Origin: a bacterium
GTDB lineage: Bacteria > Zhuqueibacterota > Zhuqueibacteria > Oceanimicrobiales > Oceanimicrobiaceae
Direction: 5' to 3'
NCBI GenBank assembly: GCA_046757165.1
Contig: JBHHXT010000010.1
Span: 1-54,237 of the forward strand
Length of the DNA stretch: 54,237 bases
A program made the translations under genes and the position numbers. The first letter of the stretch is position 1, and every line of letters starts with the position of its first letter. Below, one piece after another: positions 8,276 through 18,735 of this stretch. Under the pieces are notes generated by a model. The model saw nothing but the letters and a program-made list of their open reading frames with translations, did not search any database and was not told the DNA's origin.

Positions 8276-9601
8276 TCATCTCGTCAGTCTGTAAATCAGC
8301 AATGCCGCGCGTTCGGTAGTTTTCACGAGAGCGCGTAGATTTGCTTCTTCGTTGGTGGTGTGCGCCCCGCTGCCCGGAGCGCCGAGCCCGTCCAGCCCGC
8401 CCTCGACATGAGCGGCGGCAAAGGCGATGTCGGCAGCGCCGCCCAGACTGGGGTCCAACGCCTCGACCGGGCCATAGCCCAGATCGCGGCTCACTTTGTC
8501 CAGCAGCTCCAGTAAAGCCAAATTCCCTGCGCCGGGAGCCATGGCGGTGTATTTGTCCCTGAAGGAAATAGTCGCAGAGGTGCCCGGAAGGTTTTGCCGG
8601 ACGATGTCGCGCATTTTCTGCCGTGCCCGTTCTTTCTGCGCCTCGGAGATGAAGCGCAGGTCGCCGTCCACCGTCACTGTTTGCGCGATCACATTGCCTT
8701 TGCCAAAGACCGTCCCCCGCGTTCTGGCGGCGTCATAAACGACTTCTGTCCCGCCGAGAATGACGCCAGGGTTGAAGGTGAGATACTGCTCGCCGCGCAA
8801 TTCTTCGTGAAAACTGTTCAGGATGCGGGTCGCCTCAAAAATGGCGCCGCTGCCGAACCGCTTTTTGAAAATCTGTGACGAATGCGCCCGAATCCCGGTC
8901 ACGGAGAGCGTCCAACTGCTCGAGCCGCGGCGGGCGACGCGGGCAGAGCTCATGTCTCCAATTTCGGCCTCGAACGCCAGGGCCATGTCGCTGCGTTTCG
9001 CCGCTTCGATGATGTCATGCCGGCTGAGGCGGATGGGCGCTGCGATTTTTTCTTCGTCGCCATGCAACGCCACGATGATGTGGGTATTCTCGAGCACGCC
9101 CGCGTTGTGCAACGCCTTGAGCGCCCAGAGCATCACCACATCGCCGCCCTTCATGTCGTTGACGCCGGGACCGGTGGCGATCGAGTCTCGCCGTTCGAAG
9201 CGCTGGAACGGGCTCTCTGGTTCGAATACGGTGTCGAGATGGCCGATCAAAAGCAGCCGTTTGCCCTGGCTTCCCCGGCGTTCGGCAAACAAGTGGCCGC
9301 CGCGATTGACGCTGTCGGGCATCGAGACCCACCGGGTTTCGAAACCCAGGGCATCGAATTCTTGCCGGAAAAATTGACCCACGCGACGCACGCCCTCGCT
9401 GTTCATGGTTCCGCTGTTGATATTAACAACTTTTTCGAGAAAAGCAATGGCTTCCTCCTGGTGGTGTTCAACATACGCCACGATCTTCGCTTCGATTGCT
9501 GACAGCTCTTGCGCCCGCAGGCCACCGGGCGACACCAGGGGGGCGGCAGCCACCAGGAGTGCGAAAGTGAGTTTGACCGGAAAAGGAGAGGTTTTGTTCA
9601 T
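8276..9601 (-). CDS. M20/M25/M40 metallopeptidase (glutamate carboxypeptidase-like), secreted
   Basis: Signal peptide, IGHLDTVF, GPGVNDMKGG, GDEE, GGAADIAF and GAHTTNE metal-binding motifs. Confidence 0.92.
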   Translation of the reverse strand: MNKTSPFPVKLTFALLVAAAPLVSPGGLRAQELSAIEAKIVAYVEHHQEEAIAFLEKVVNINSGTMNSEGVRRVGQFFRQEFDALGFETRWVSMPDSVNRGGHLFAERRGSQGKRLLLIGHLDTVFEPESPFQRFERRDSIATGPGVNDMKGGDVVMLWALKALHNAGVLENTHIIVALHGDEEKIAAPIRLSRHDIIEAAKRSDMALAFEAEIGDMSSARVARRGSSSWTLSVTGIRAHSSQIFKKRFGSGAIFEATRILNSFHEELRGEQYLTFNPGVILGGTEVVYDAARTRGTVFGKGNVIAQTVTVDGDLRFISEAQKERARQKMRDIVRQNLPGTSATISFRDKYTAMAPGAGNLALLELLDKVSRDLGYGPVEALDPSLGGAADIAFAAAHVEGGLDGLGAPGSGAHTTNEEANLRALVKTTERAALLIYRLTR

Positions 9602-9618
9602 GATGATGCCCTCAATGT

Positions 9619-9689
9619 GGAGTACAATGCTTCAGCATTGTACTCCGGTGTTTGCCGGGAAGAAGTACAATGCTGAAGCATTGTACTCC
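9619..9689. repeat. Inverted doublet of a 28-bp GGAG-type REP-like palindrome
   Basis: GGAGTACAATGCTTCAGCATTGTACTCC at 9619-9646 and its reverse complement (1 mismatch) at 9662-9689. Confidence 0.9.
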
Positions 9690-9701
9690 GGCTTCCGGTT
9701 T

Positions 9702-11009
9702 TCAATCGCTGGTCGCCAGCTTGACCCCAATGAAGTACAGCAGGCAGATGATAGCCAGGAGCCCAAACGTAACCGGAGCGATCCCGAGTTTGCCGACGAG
9801 AAAGGGCAGCGAAAAAGTGAGGATACCGCCGCCAATAAAGGGGGCTGAGAGCGGGGCAGCCAGGGCATAATCTTCCGCAGCGCCCGATTCCAGGTCTTTA
9901 TCGATGATTCTGAGCAGCATGAGTCCGGTCGCAGTTGTGCCGGTAGACATGCCGTAATTGAGAATGCCAAGTTCAAACCAGTACGCTTTGGGAAGAAGCC
10001 GGCGCCCGATGAACAGGAGACAAAACCCGGTCCAGAAAAAGGCCAAAAGCAGCAAGACCGCCACCGGCGCGAACAAGGCGAATACCGCTTGTAAATCGAG
10101 CGAGGCAATCGCGGCGACGATCAGGAATTCGATGGCCACTCCGGTGATCCGGCGAATGCTGCCCGGATCGATGAGATGCTCGATTCTCAACAGACGCATC
10201 AATTCACGCACCAGAAGCCCCGCAAGCAGAGTGAAAATGAAAAGCGGAAAGCGCTCGGTGAACGGCAGGAGAGCCACGAGGGTTTTCTGCAGCCCCAATC
10301 CGAGACCAAACGACCCGCTCAGAATCAACATCTGCAAGACCATGGGTTCAAGGACTTCAGGACGTATCTTGCCGAAGGCGATCGGTTCGGGCTTTTCGCT
10401 CGACTCCAACCCCGTGATGCGGGGAATTTCGACGGTTCCGGCCCGTGTCCACCCCTTTCGGACCGCCAAATTGACCAGCACGATGCCGCTCACCACCCCG
10501 TAGATCAAGCCAACCGTAGCGACAAAGAAGCCGAGGTCCGCACCTTCTTCAAAGCCAAGAGACTGGTACAGGCTCCCCATGGCGGCAGCCGTGCCATGGC
10601 CGCCGGCAAAGCCGGCTTCGATCAGTTGGCCAAAGGAATACGGGAGGGTGTAGAAGTGCTTGAGGAGCAGCCAGGTCGCCAGCAGACCCAGGGTAATCTC
10701 GCCCACAACGATGATCCAGACAACGATTCCCTCTCTGGCGGCCTCACGCAGACTGTCTCTGATGGACTTTCCTGAGCGAACGAGAAGAAGGCCGGCGAAG
10801 ATCAGGGCGATGAGCCATCCGGGCCATGTTTTCAATTCAGCAATCACGCCCGTGGGCATGATGTCAAGCAGGGAGGGACTCGCTGCCAGTCCAACAATCC
10901 CGCCGATGATTGCGGCAGGGATGTACAGCACTTGCAGGACTTTCAGATTGACTCTCAGAACGAGACCCACCAGCAGCAGGCCGCATGCCCATAGAAGCGC
11001 CGTTTCCAC
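9702..11009 (-). CDS. gltS: Sodium/glutamate symporter family protein
   Basis: Highly hydrophobic. YIPAAIIGG, GFAGGHGTAAAMG hairpin, and YGMSTGTTATGLMLLRIID. Confidence 0.85.
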   Translation of the reverse strand: METALLWACGLLLVGLVLRVNLKVLQVLYIPAAIIGGIVGLAASPSLLDIMPTGVIAELKTWPGWLIALIFAGLLLVRSGKSIRDSLREAAREGIVVWIIVVGEITLGLLATWLLLKHFYTLPYSFGQLIEAGFAGGHGTAAAMGSLYQSLGFEEGADLGFFVATVGLIYGVVSGIVLVNLAVRKGWTRAGTVEIPRITGLESSEKPEPIAFGKIRPEVLEPMVLQMLILSGSFGLGLGLQKTLVALLPFTERFPLFIFTLLAGLLVRELMRLLRIEHLIDPGSIRRITGVAIEFLIVAAIASLDLQAVFALFAPVAVLLLLAFFWTGFCLLFIGRRLLPKAYWFELGILNYGMSTGTTATGLMLLRIIDKDLESGAAEDYALAAPLSAPFIGGGILTFSLPFLVGKLGIAPVTFGLLAIICLLYFIGVKLATSD

Positions 11010-11013
11010 AGAT

Positions 11014-12213
11014 CTATTCTCTTTCCGTCATGTGCGCCACGCCTGCGGATCCGACTCCGCCATCCTGGCTGGCTGTGGGATTTCTTCGCCGCGGGTCTTC
11101 GAACAGGGTGTCGGCGTTTTCATGGTACACCTTGCGCAGCACGTCATCGGGCAAAAAGACCCCGTAGATTTTCCACTCCCCCGTGGGCGGGAACGGATGG
11201 CGGTAGTAGTCGAAATATTCGTCTGCCGTTTCGAGGTAGCGGTAATAGATGCGGTATCTTGGCTGGGTCGCTCTGCCGGGATAGCGGTCTGTGCCAAACA
11301 GAATGCGGTCCTGGTACTTGATGAAGAATCTTCGTGCTGAATAGGGCTGCCTGCCCAACTCTGCGACCCTGCCGGAGATGTCGACATAGAAATTCGGGTA
11401 GGTGTCAAGCACAGTGGACAGGCTTTCCAAATCCTCTGCGCTGTTTCCCACGTGTGCGCCGATAAACACGGTGCCGGGATGCCTGGCAAGCACGCGGTTC
11501 CGTTGTGCCAGCAGCGAGTCTCTGGGGGGAAACTCCGGGCCATAAAAGCTCCAGTTCGGGTGGCGCCTCAATTGCAGCCATCGTTCATTGAAGCGGTCGA
11601 TGGGCTGAAAAAACGCCACCGGATCAGCGACGTGAATCAGCACCGGCATCTCGAGCTCACCAGCTTTCGCCCATACCGGGTCCAGACGCGGGTCATCCAC
11701 CGGCACAATCTTGCCAGAGTTGTCCTTGATCCGCAGCCCGAGGCTTTTGAAGATTTTCAACCCTCCGGCGCCTTTGGCATGGGCGCCTTCCAGGAAGGCC
11801 GCCATCTTTTCACCAAAGTCCGGCTCATCAATCCTGGAAAAATCGATATTGCACATGATAACAAACCGGTCCGGGGCGAACTTCTTGAATTTGTGCAGCA
11901 CTTTGTCGAGCTGTTCACCCCAGCCGCCACTCAAATTGACCACTCGTTTCACGCCCAAAACATCCATAGAATCCACCATCGTCTGTGGATCCAGATCGAG
12001 GCCAAAATGTGTGTGGACATCGACAGCCGGAAACCTGGCTTTGGGAATGAAATGGGCGTCTGTCACGAGAGCAGGCGTTGGGTGATACTCTTTAAGGATG
12101 TCGTCACCAACATAAAGAGCTTTCCCAATGCCTGACTCCCGAGCAGACTTGCAGGCACCGCTCAAAAGAAGAACAACGAGGACTAACGTCAGACTGACCA
12201 GAACCGATTTCAT
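11014..12213 (-). CDS. Amidohydrolase family lipoprotein (Amidohydro_2)
   Basis: Lipobox-like LSGAC, DVHTH, VLIHVADP, FIGAH, RILFGTD. Confidence 0.88.
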   Translation of the reverse strand: MKSVLVSLTLVLVVLLLSGACKSARESGIGKALYVGDDILKEYHPTPALVTDAHFIPKARFPAVDVHTHFGLDLDPQTMVDSMDVLGVKRVVNLSGGWGEQLDKVLHKFKKFAPDRFVIMCNIDFSRIDEPDFGEKMAAFLEGAHAKGAGGLKIFKSLGLRIKDNSGKIVPVDDPRLDPVWAKAGELEMPVLIHVADPVAFFQPIDRFNERWLQLRRHPNWSFYGPEFPPRDSLLAQRNRVLARHPGTVFIGAHVGNSAEDLESLSTVLDTYPNFYVDISGRVAELGRQPYSARRFFIKYQDRILFGTDRYPGRATQPRYRIYYRYLETADEYFDYYRHPFPPTGEWKIYGVFLPDDVLRKVYHENADTLFEDPRRRNPTASQDGGVGSAGVAHMTERE

Positions 12214-12271
12214 ATCTCACCTTCCACAAACTGAACAACCGCGATCAGAAGGAGTCGCAACGCTCGCTTTG

Positions 12272-13291
12272 TCAAAATCCGAATCCGATAGAGAATGTCT
12301 GTACCTTGTCAAAAACACCGAAGCTGGTGTAAGCGTACCCAATCTCTATTTTCTTTTCTCCGAATCCGGGCCTGAGGCCAAATCCAAATGAGAGATCGGC
12401 TTCGTCGTGGTTGCCGATGAAACCGCCCCGCAGCGCAAGTAGATTCTTGTACCAGTATTCCGCTCCGAAGTTCGTGCGCAGATCAAAATCCCGCGGTGCC
12501 TGCACGTCTATTTCTAACGTCAACGAGTGGTCCTGGGAGGCCGTTTGGAACAAACGGAAAATGTCCATCGCAAGGCCAGCCCGAAAGGAAAGTGGCAGAG
12601 GAAAAAACTCCTCTTCCAATTGCAGCTCCTGAGAAAAATTCTGCAGAGACATGGCGATGCGCAGATCTTCGAAACCGGTGTTGAAGACGGTACCGAAATC
12701 AACGATAAAGGCCGTTTCCGAGAAATCTTTTGTCGTGGACCCGGCCAATGGGTCGGTCAAGTCATTCCCGACCACGGCATCGCCGAAGTCCATGTTTGCA
12801 ACGCGCAAGTGAACGCCCCAGGAGAACTTGTCGGTGAGCTTGCGGGAAAAGCCGACCCCGAGGGCAAATGAGGACGGGGAAAAGGTGCCCACCTGTTCAA
12901 AGGCTGCGTCGCCGCTGAAACTCCTGGTCGTCGCGACCAGATCGCCGTAGTCTACATAGACGAAGCTGGCGCTCACGACGCCGAGCTTACCCAACTGTGC
13001 AGACACGACCCCCGCATTGTGTTTGATATCCGCCAACCATTCCTGGTAGCTGAACGAAGCAGCGATCCCTGAGATTTCGGCCGTCCTGGCGGCATTGGTG
13101 AAAATGGCGTTTGGACCCTCGACAATGCTGATTCCTGCCCGGCCCAAACCTGAGATCCGAGCACCCACCGGCACTTCAAGAAATTTGAATCCGGCCTGAC
13201 CTATTTTTTTCAGACCTCCCTGGCTATAGCCATTTCCAAACATCAAGGCAATGCCAAGGCTCAACAAGAATGCAAAAGGTAACCGTTTCAT
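12272..13291 (-). CDS. PorV/PorQ family outer-membrane beta-barrel
   Basis: Signal peptide, GQAGFKFLEVPVGARISGLG N-terminal motif, alternating beta-strands, C-terminal FSIGFGF. Confidence 0.88.
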   Translation of the reverse strand: MKRLPFAFLLSLGIALMFGNGYSQGGLKKIGQAGFKFLEVPVGARISGLGRAGISIVEGPNAIFTNAARTAEISGIAASFSYQEWLADIKHNAGVVSAQLGKLGVVSASFVYVDYGDLVATTRSFSGDAAFEQVGTFSPSSFALGVGFSRKLTDKFSWGVHLRVANMDFGDAVVGNDLTDPLAGSTTKDFSETAFIVDFGTVFNTGFEDLRIAMSLQNFSQELQLEEEFFPLPLSFRAGLAMDIFRLFQTASQDHSLTLEIDVQAPRDFDLRTNFGAEYWYKNLLALRGGFIGNHDEADLSFGFGLRPGFGEKKIEIGYAYTSFGVFDKVQTFSIGFGF

Positions 13292-13336
13292 TGAAATTTC
13301 TCCTTCACTTGAACAACGTCATATTCAACGTCAACG

Positions 13337-15325
13337 CTACCTGATGACAACGAATTTTGCCATGGCATCGCCAACAGGCTTTCCGTCCAAATCTTTCGCG
13401 TCGGTGACGACAACGATGTACAGGCCGGTCACCGGGAATTGATTCTGGTCCGTTTGCAAGTCCCAATCTTCACGGTCACTGAGGTCAGTGTGCTGAATCG
13501 TTTTCAACAGATCGCCTGTTTCTGTATAGATCTTCAGGGTGCAAAGAGCCGGCAGATTGAAAAACTTGATGGTATTTCCGCTGTTTTCAGCGAAGAGAAA
13601 GGAGCCAGCGGTAATGACAAAGGGATTCGGGACCGCGACGATGTTCGACGCCGTCGCTCTTCCCGGCTCAAAGGGCCTGGCTGCAAAGGCCTCGCCTTCC
13701 ATACGATTGAGGCTGACAGAACTCTCGTTGCCATCTTCATCAACCGCGGTCACATAATAGTAGTAGGCAATACCGGGCACAACGCCGGTGTCTTCATAAG
13801 CAGTAGAGGTCGTCGTGTGTACCACTTTGAAGGGGTTCAAGAAATCCTCATCTGCGCGGTACACCCGGTACTCAGCAAAATCGCTTCGGCCCTTATCCCG
13901 GTCTACTGCGCCCGAAACATCCGACCAGCTCAAGAGGACTTTCCCCGGCCCGTTGTCGACAGTCAGGTCCGGCGACGGCGGGGCGTCCGGGATGGCCAAT
14001 CCGTTATCCCAGGCGAAGGCCGCGCGATCGATGGTTTTTTTGAGGGAATCGAGTCCCGTGGCAAGCAAAGCGTTTCTCTCCGTATCAGTCATGTCCCCGC
14101 GCTGCCACTTTGCCCCTTCGGAAATCGTGAGCTCCTGAGAAATTCCACCAAACGCGATGAAGTAGACGATGCGAATTTTGTCCCCGTCTCTGACCACCGG
14201 GTAGGGGCCGTAGCCCTGGTACTCGAGGTTGGCGTAAGCCGACGGCGGGCTTGCATTCGGGTCGGTGTCAATGGCGGCGCTTTCACGAACGCCACTGCTT
14301 ACTGCTTCTCCCGGTACGGTGTCTGGCCCGCCAAAGACATCCAACCTGTTGCGGCGGGCAATGCTGTAGGGCTGGGATTCATCATTGCCGCTGAGATCAT
14401 TGACCGCGGTTGAAACCTGTAACGGTCCGAAACCGACATACGCTTCAGACAAAAACCGCCCCAGCGGACCGACCGCCGATTCGACGCCAACCACAGCCGT
14501 CGTGGCCGGATCCCCGGTGTCATCTCCGGAAACATCCGGGCTGTCTCCGTCCCAGATATAGGTGAAGGTCAGGGGACGTCCGCTCAGCGGGCCGGTATAA
14601 GTGGTCCAGGTGCCCCAGACATCGGTATCCGTACTGTTGAGCTGGATGGACCTGTTTCCGGCAGGCGAAATCTGAAATCCATGATTGATTCCGAACGTCA
14701 CATCGATCAAATCCTGGGGTGGGAATTCGGGCTCCGGGTCGTCATCAATATCGCGGGTCATTTCAAATTCATAATCCAGAATAATGAAATCGTCAAAAGC
14801 CGTATGGGCGAAAGCATACGTTCTGCGCGTGACCAAGAATCCGGGCCCTTCCCCGAACTTGTACTGCAAAAAGGTCATCTCGTCGGCGAGCATATTGGGG
14901 TCGACTTCGTCGAAGGCCAAAGTAGGGAGGGTTTGACCGTTGACGGTGACTGTTGGCGGTGCACGGCGCACAACTTTTTTGAAGGTACCCGGAATGGGGA
15001 TATGGTCGTCCAGGTGGCCGCCAAAGGATTTGTCGGTCACTGTATTGCCCAGCAGGTCGATCATCTGGCCGACATGGATGACACGCGTCCAGGCGATTTG
15101 CATGCCGCGGTTTCTCTCGCCGCGCCCCACCGGCCACTGAAAATTTTCACCGAAGACCTCGTTCCACTCTCTGTCGTCATCCGTGACATCGAGGTCCAGG
15201 TTGCCGACACGATGGCGACGCGTCTGTTGAGACAGAGTCGCATCGGGAAAAACGAGCAGCCACAGGAAGAAGGCAGCCAGGAAAAGGCTGCTCAACCTGA
15301 TCAATCTATCAAAATTAGTTTGCAT
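13337..15325 (-). CDS. Secreted protein with an Fn3-like domain and T9SS-type C-terminal domain
   Basis: Signal peptide. PDAPPSP...LSWS...YRVYR...YYYYVTAVD Fn3 module. C-terminal VAVPNPF...IKFFNLP...LKIYTETGDLLK...WDL...GLYIVVV...KFVVIR. Confidence 0.82.
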   Translation of the reverse strand: MQTNFDRLIRLSSLFLAAFFLWLLVFPDATLSQQTRRHRVGNLDLDVTDDDREWNEVFGENFQWPVGRGERNRGMQIAWTRVIHVGQMIDLLGNTVTDKSFGGHLDDHIPIPGTFKKVVRRAPPTVTVNGQTLPTLAFDEVDPNMLADEMTFLQYKFGEGPGFLVTRRTYAFAHTAFDDFIILDYEFEMTRDIDDDPEPEFPPQDLIDVTFGINHGFQISPAGNRSIQLNSTDTDVWGTWTTYTGPLSGRPLTFTYIWDGDSPDVSGDDTGDPATTAVVGVESAVGPLGRFLSEAYVGFGPLQVSTAVNDLSGNDESQPYSIARRNRLDVFGGPDTVPGEAVSSGVRESAAIDTDPNASPPSAYANLEYQGYGPYPVVRDGDKIRIVYFIAFGGISQELTISEGAKWQRGDMTDTERNALLATGLDSLKKTIDRAAFAWDNGLAIPDAPPSPDLTVDNGPGKVLLSWSDVSGAVDRDKGRSDFAEYRVYRADEDFLNPFKVVHTTTSTAYEDTGVVPGIAYYYYVTAVDEDGNESSVSLNRMEGEAFAARPFEPGRATASNIVAVPNPFVITAGSFLFAENSGNTIKFFNLPALCTLKIYTETGDLLKTIQHTDLSDREDWDLQTDQNQFPVTGLYIVVVTDAKDLDGKPVGDAMAKFVVIR

Positions 15326-15377
15326 TGTATGTTCCTCCTGACCTGAATGGTTTTGAGTTATCGAGTTGTGTATCCTC

Positions 15378-18300
15378 TCAATTGAACCCCAACTTAAACC
15401 CGAAGTAGAATTGTCGCGGATTTCTGAACTTTATCCAGTCAGCCCAAAACAGTGTCTTGCCTTCATAATCTCCATACTTGTCGTTACCAGGAGGATCGGT
15501 GAAAGGCAGGTTGAGCGAGTCACGATAGGGTTGTCCGCGCCCCCCTTCTGAACGGTCGAAGAGTATGGCTTCAGTGTTCACTGTCTTGACGTTGAGTAGA
15601 TTGTCGACCTGAACATAAAATGTCGGGTTGATCCAACCCATCCGGGGGAGTGTCTTTTCAAGATAGAGGTTGGTGTTTCTAAAGCCTCTTTGCTCAACAA
15701 ATACGGTTCGACCATCGACTTTTTCCGGCCATCTGAATTTTCCGCCACTTCTGCGAAAATGAACGACGGAGAGGCGCATATTGCCAAGGGGTTTGCCACC
15801 CAAAAAACTCGGGCCGAAATCCTTCGGGGTGTAATAAGCAAGATTGAGTCGGAAGCTCGGTTGGGCAAACGGCCTGAATTGGTCCGCAGATTCTTCAAGC
15901 GCAATCTCACGCTGGGCGGTCTCGCTTTCGCTAACCTTCGTAAATCCGCGTCGACCTTCGCTGATCTGGACAAAATTCCAGTTCAACCAGACATTGAGAT
16001 TCGACCCGATCCACTGCCGGACGTTCAATTCCAGGCCTCTCAGGTCGCGATAAAGTTTGTTGTCGTAGGTGGTGTAATCGGCGCCTGAGAACGGGCTTTC
16101 AAAGTCGACGGTCTCCACTTCGTTGGTGACGTTCTTATAGTATCCGGCAATTTGCAGCATCGTTGACCCCATGAAGCCAAACTGGTAGCCGACTTCGTAG
16201 GCAACTGTTTTGCGGGGCTCGAGATCAGGATTGCCCAGGGTGAGACTATTCTGGTTGTGGCCAATCCATTGCAAATACATTTCCTCGAATGTCGGGGGCT
16301 GGTAAAAGGTGCCAAAGTTGAAATAGACTTTGGCTCGGTCTGAAATCGGATGAGAAACGCCCAATCGAGGCGACACCCTCACCTTGGCATCGATATCAAC
16401 GGTGCGCAAGGCCTGAACTTGTTCGTCCTTGTACCAATCGACGATCAGTTGTGTTTTGTCGACTTCCCATAAGGTCTTGCCGGTGTATTCCGGACCAAAG
16501 CGATTGCCATCGAGAAAATTGTACCATTTCGTATTGGGGTCATAAACATCCAGGCGGACGCCCGCGTTGACGATCAGACCCTCAAACTCTATCTTGTCCT
16601 GAACATAGGCGGAAAATTCTCTTGGGTGCTCATCAAAGACGCGGTTTCGGTAATTGGAGCGTTCCGGCTTCCACAAATGCCAGTGCTCTGTGCCGCGGAA
16701 AACGTGGTAGTCTTCATGGATGAAATTCAAATTGACGCCGGCTTTGACGAGATTGTACTTCCCCATTTGCTTGGTGATGGCGCCGGAGACAAGGATGGTG
16801 GTGTTTTCCGACAGGTCGCGAAAGCGCCCGCGGCCCTGAATCTGGTGCAGCCCGGTTTGGTCTCGTGTATACCAGAGATTGTGGCCGTTTTGCCAGTCAT
16901 AAACCGGAAAGGACGGCTCCCGGCCGAGGGTGCGATCTTCCTGGGTTTCAAGAAAAAACACAGGCGTCGGATCGACCCAGTCGGGTGGCCGGTAATCTTC
17001 CCGAAGCTGGGCATTTTTTGTGGGCAAGTAATCCTGATCGTTCTTGGAGCGTTTGTAAGCGAATTTGAATTCATAAAAAGTGCGGGGGTTGAGAAAGTGT
17101 TGAAACTCCGCCCCGGCAACGTAAATGTCGCGCCGAATAGGCAAGAATGCTCCCTTGTCATAGATGGAATGGAAGACCTGCCAGGGATTGTCTTCAAACT
17201 GGGTATCACCCGTTTGGATGGAAAACTGCCCGGTGTTGCTGCCCTGCGTATGGGCATCGACCCGGCCAAACAATCCTGTCAGACTCAACTTCATATTCGA
17301 GTTGAGGGGGAGGGCCATGCGGAGCTGGTAGTTCTGGTCCTGATAATAAGGGTCATCTCCCGTGGGATACATGTAGTGGCTTCGCTTTGTACGACCCGAC
17401 AGGAAGAATGTCGACCTGTTGCCAATCAGCGGCACCGGGCCGCCGATGCCTAAATCGATATCGAAATCAGGGTTATCGGCATAGGAGATGGGGCGATGCC
17501 GCCACTCCCACAGTTCTTGTTTGCTCTCGGGCGTCAGGCTGGACTCATTGTAGCGATTATTTGCGCCCGATGAGCGGTGGTTTGCCCATCCGGGCCAGCC
17601 CACAGCGCCCTCTTCGGCGGTTTTGGTCGTGGGCGTAAAGACGCCATTGTTCTCGACAAACATGATCGGGAACTCTTTACTGCCCCACAACTCTTGCGGC
17701 ACGCCATCTTGAGCATATTTGCCGGCAAAGGTTCGCCACTCCACAGAATTGGCATCATTCAAGTCGCCGCCAAAATGTTTCCGTTGTGGGGGATTGATGC
17801 GAATGTCCCCGGAAAGCGTGTACCTGTCGGGATTGCCTTCTTTTGAAACCACATGAATGAGACCGGAACGAACGTTGCCGTACTCGGCGTTGAATCCGCC
17901 GGTCTGGACCTGGACTTCCTTGATGGCACTCTTGTTGATCCCGAGGTAGGGCTGGTTCAGATGGCGGTTCTGCAGTGAATAGCCATCCAGGACGATGGTG
18001 GATTCATCCAACATTCCGCCGCGAATGGAGAATCCGCGTCCGGAGTTTCCGGTTGTTTTGCCCTGGGAAGTCGTCTCGCTCACCTGATATTCCAGGCCAG
18101 CCTGAAATCCCAACACGTGCTCCAGGCGGGCGACCGGAATCTCTTCAACTTCTTCAGAGCTGATGCTGACCTGGGTTGCAGAGACATCCTTCTGGACCAG
18201 GGTTCTGTTCGCCACGACGACAACTTCGCCCGTCACGATGGCGGCCTCGCTGAGTTTGAAATCGACCTCGGAGGTGCGATCGATCCCAACGCGCACCCTG

Positions 18301-18662
18301 GTGATTTTGAGTTTGGCATACCCAATCATGGAAGCTTCCAGGTCGTAGGTTCCTGGTGGAACATTGAGAATAATGAACTCCCCTTTGCCATCGGCTGCCG
18401 CGCCCAAGGCTGTCCCAACCACCGTAACATTGGTTCCCGGCAAGGCCTCGCCCGAGACCTTGGTCACCACCTTGCCGACAATTTTTCCGCTGGTGCCGGC
18501 GATGACGGTGTGGTACCCGATAACAAAAAAGGCCAGTGAGAAAAGAAGTGTGCTTCCTCCGTGTAACAGCTTGTGTCCGAAGAACGACCTGAGGCCTCCT
18601 CTGCCGCAGTTCATTCCATTTGCTTCTTTCCGTTGAAAGAGAAGAAAAGTTTTGGAACTCAT
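15378..18662 (-). CDS. TonB-dependent receptor with N-terminal carboxypeptidase-regulatory-like domain
   Basis: GGGAGG RBS. AGTSGKIVGKV...LPGTNV...PPGTY, plug TGGFNAEYGNVRSG, SPRLGVSHPIS, GNPDLEP, C-terminal PRQFYFGFKLGFN. Confidence 0.92.
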   Translation of the reverse strand: MSSKTFLLFQRKEANGMNCGRGGLRSFFGHKLLHGGSTLLFSLAFFVIGYHTVIAGTSGKIVGKVVTKVSGEALPGTNVTVVGTALGAAADGKGEFIILNVPPGTYDLEASMIGYAKLKITRVRVGIDRTSEVDFKLSEAAIVTGEVVVVANRTLVQKDVSATQVSISSEEVEEIPVARLEHVLGFQAGLEYQVSETTSQGKTTGNSGRGFSIRGGMLDESTIVLDGYSLQNRHLNQPYLGINKSAIKEVQVQTGGFNAEYGNVRSGLIHVVSKEGNPDRYTLSGDIRINPPQRKHFGGDLNDANSVEWRTFAGKYAQDGVPQELWGSKEFPIMFVENNGVFTPTTKTAEEGAVGWPGWANHRSSGANNRYNESSLTPESKQELWEWRHRPISYADNPDFDIDLGIGGPVPLIGNRSTFFLSGRTKRSHYMYPTGDDPYYQDQNYQLRMALPLNSNMKLSLTGLFGRVDAHTQGSNTGQFSIQTGDTQFEDNPWQVFHSIYDKGAFLPIRRDIYVAGAEFQHFLNPRTFYEFKFAYKRSKNDQDYLPTKNAQLREDYRPPDWVDPTPVFFLETQEDRTLGREPSFPVYDWQNGHNLWYTRDQTGLHQIQGRGRFRDLSENTTILVSGAITKQMGKYNLVKAGVNLNFIHEDYHVFRGTEHWHLWKPERSNYRNRVFDEHPREFSAYVQDKIEFEGLIVNAGVRLDVYDPNTKWYNFLDGNRFGPEYTGKTLWEVDKTQLIVDWYKDEQVQALRTVDIDAKVRVSPRLGVSHPISDRAKVYFNFGTFYQPPTFEEMYLQWIGHNQNSLTLGNPDLEPRKTVAYEVGYQFGFMGSTMLQIAGYYKNVTNEVETVDFESPFSGADYTTYDNKLYRDLRGLELNVRQWIGSNLNVWLNWNFVQISEGRRGFTKVSESETAQREIALEESADQFRPFAQPSFRLNLAYYTPKDFGPSFLGGKPLGNMRLSVVHFRRSGGKFRWPEKVDGRTVFVEQRGFRNTNLYLEKTLPRMGWINPTFYVQVDNLLNVKTVNTEAILFDRSEGGRGQPYRDSLNLPFTDPPGNDKYGDYEGKTLFWADWIKFRNPRQFYFGFKLGFN

Positions 18663-18735
18663 CGCAACCTCCCTTTTTTGGGTGAAGGACTATTTTGTCA
18701 ACTTGATGGGACTTTGTTTTCTTTGTTTATCAGAG

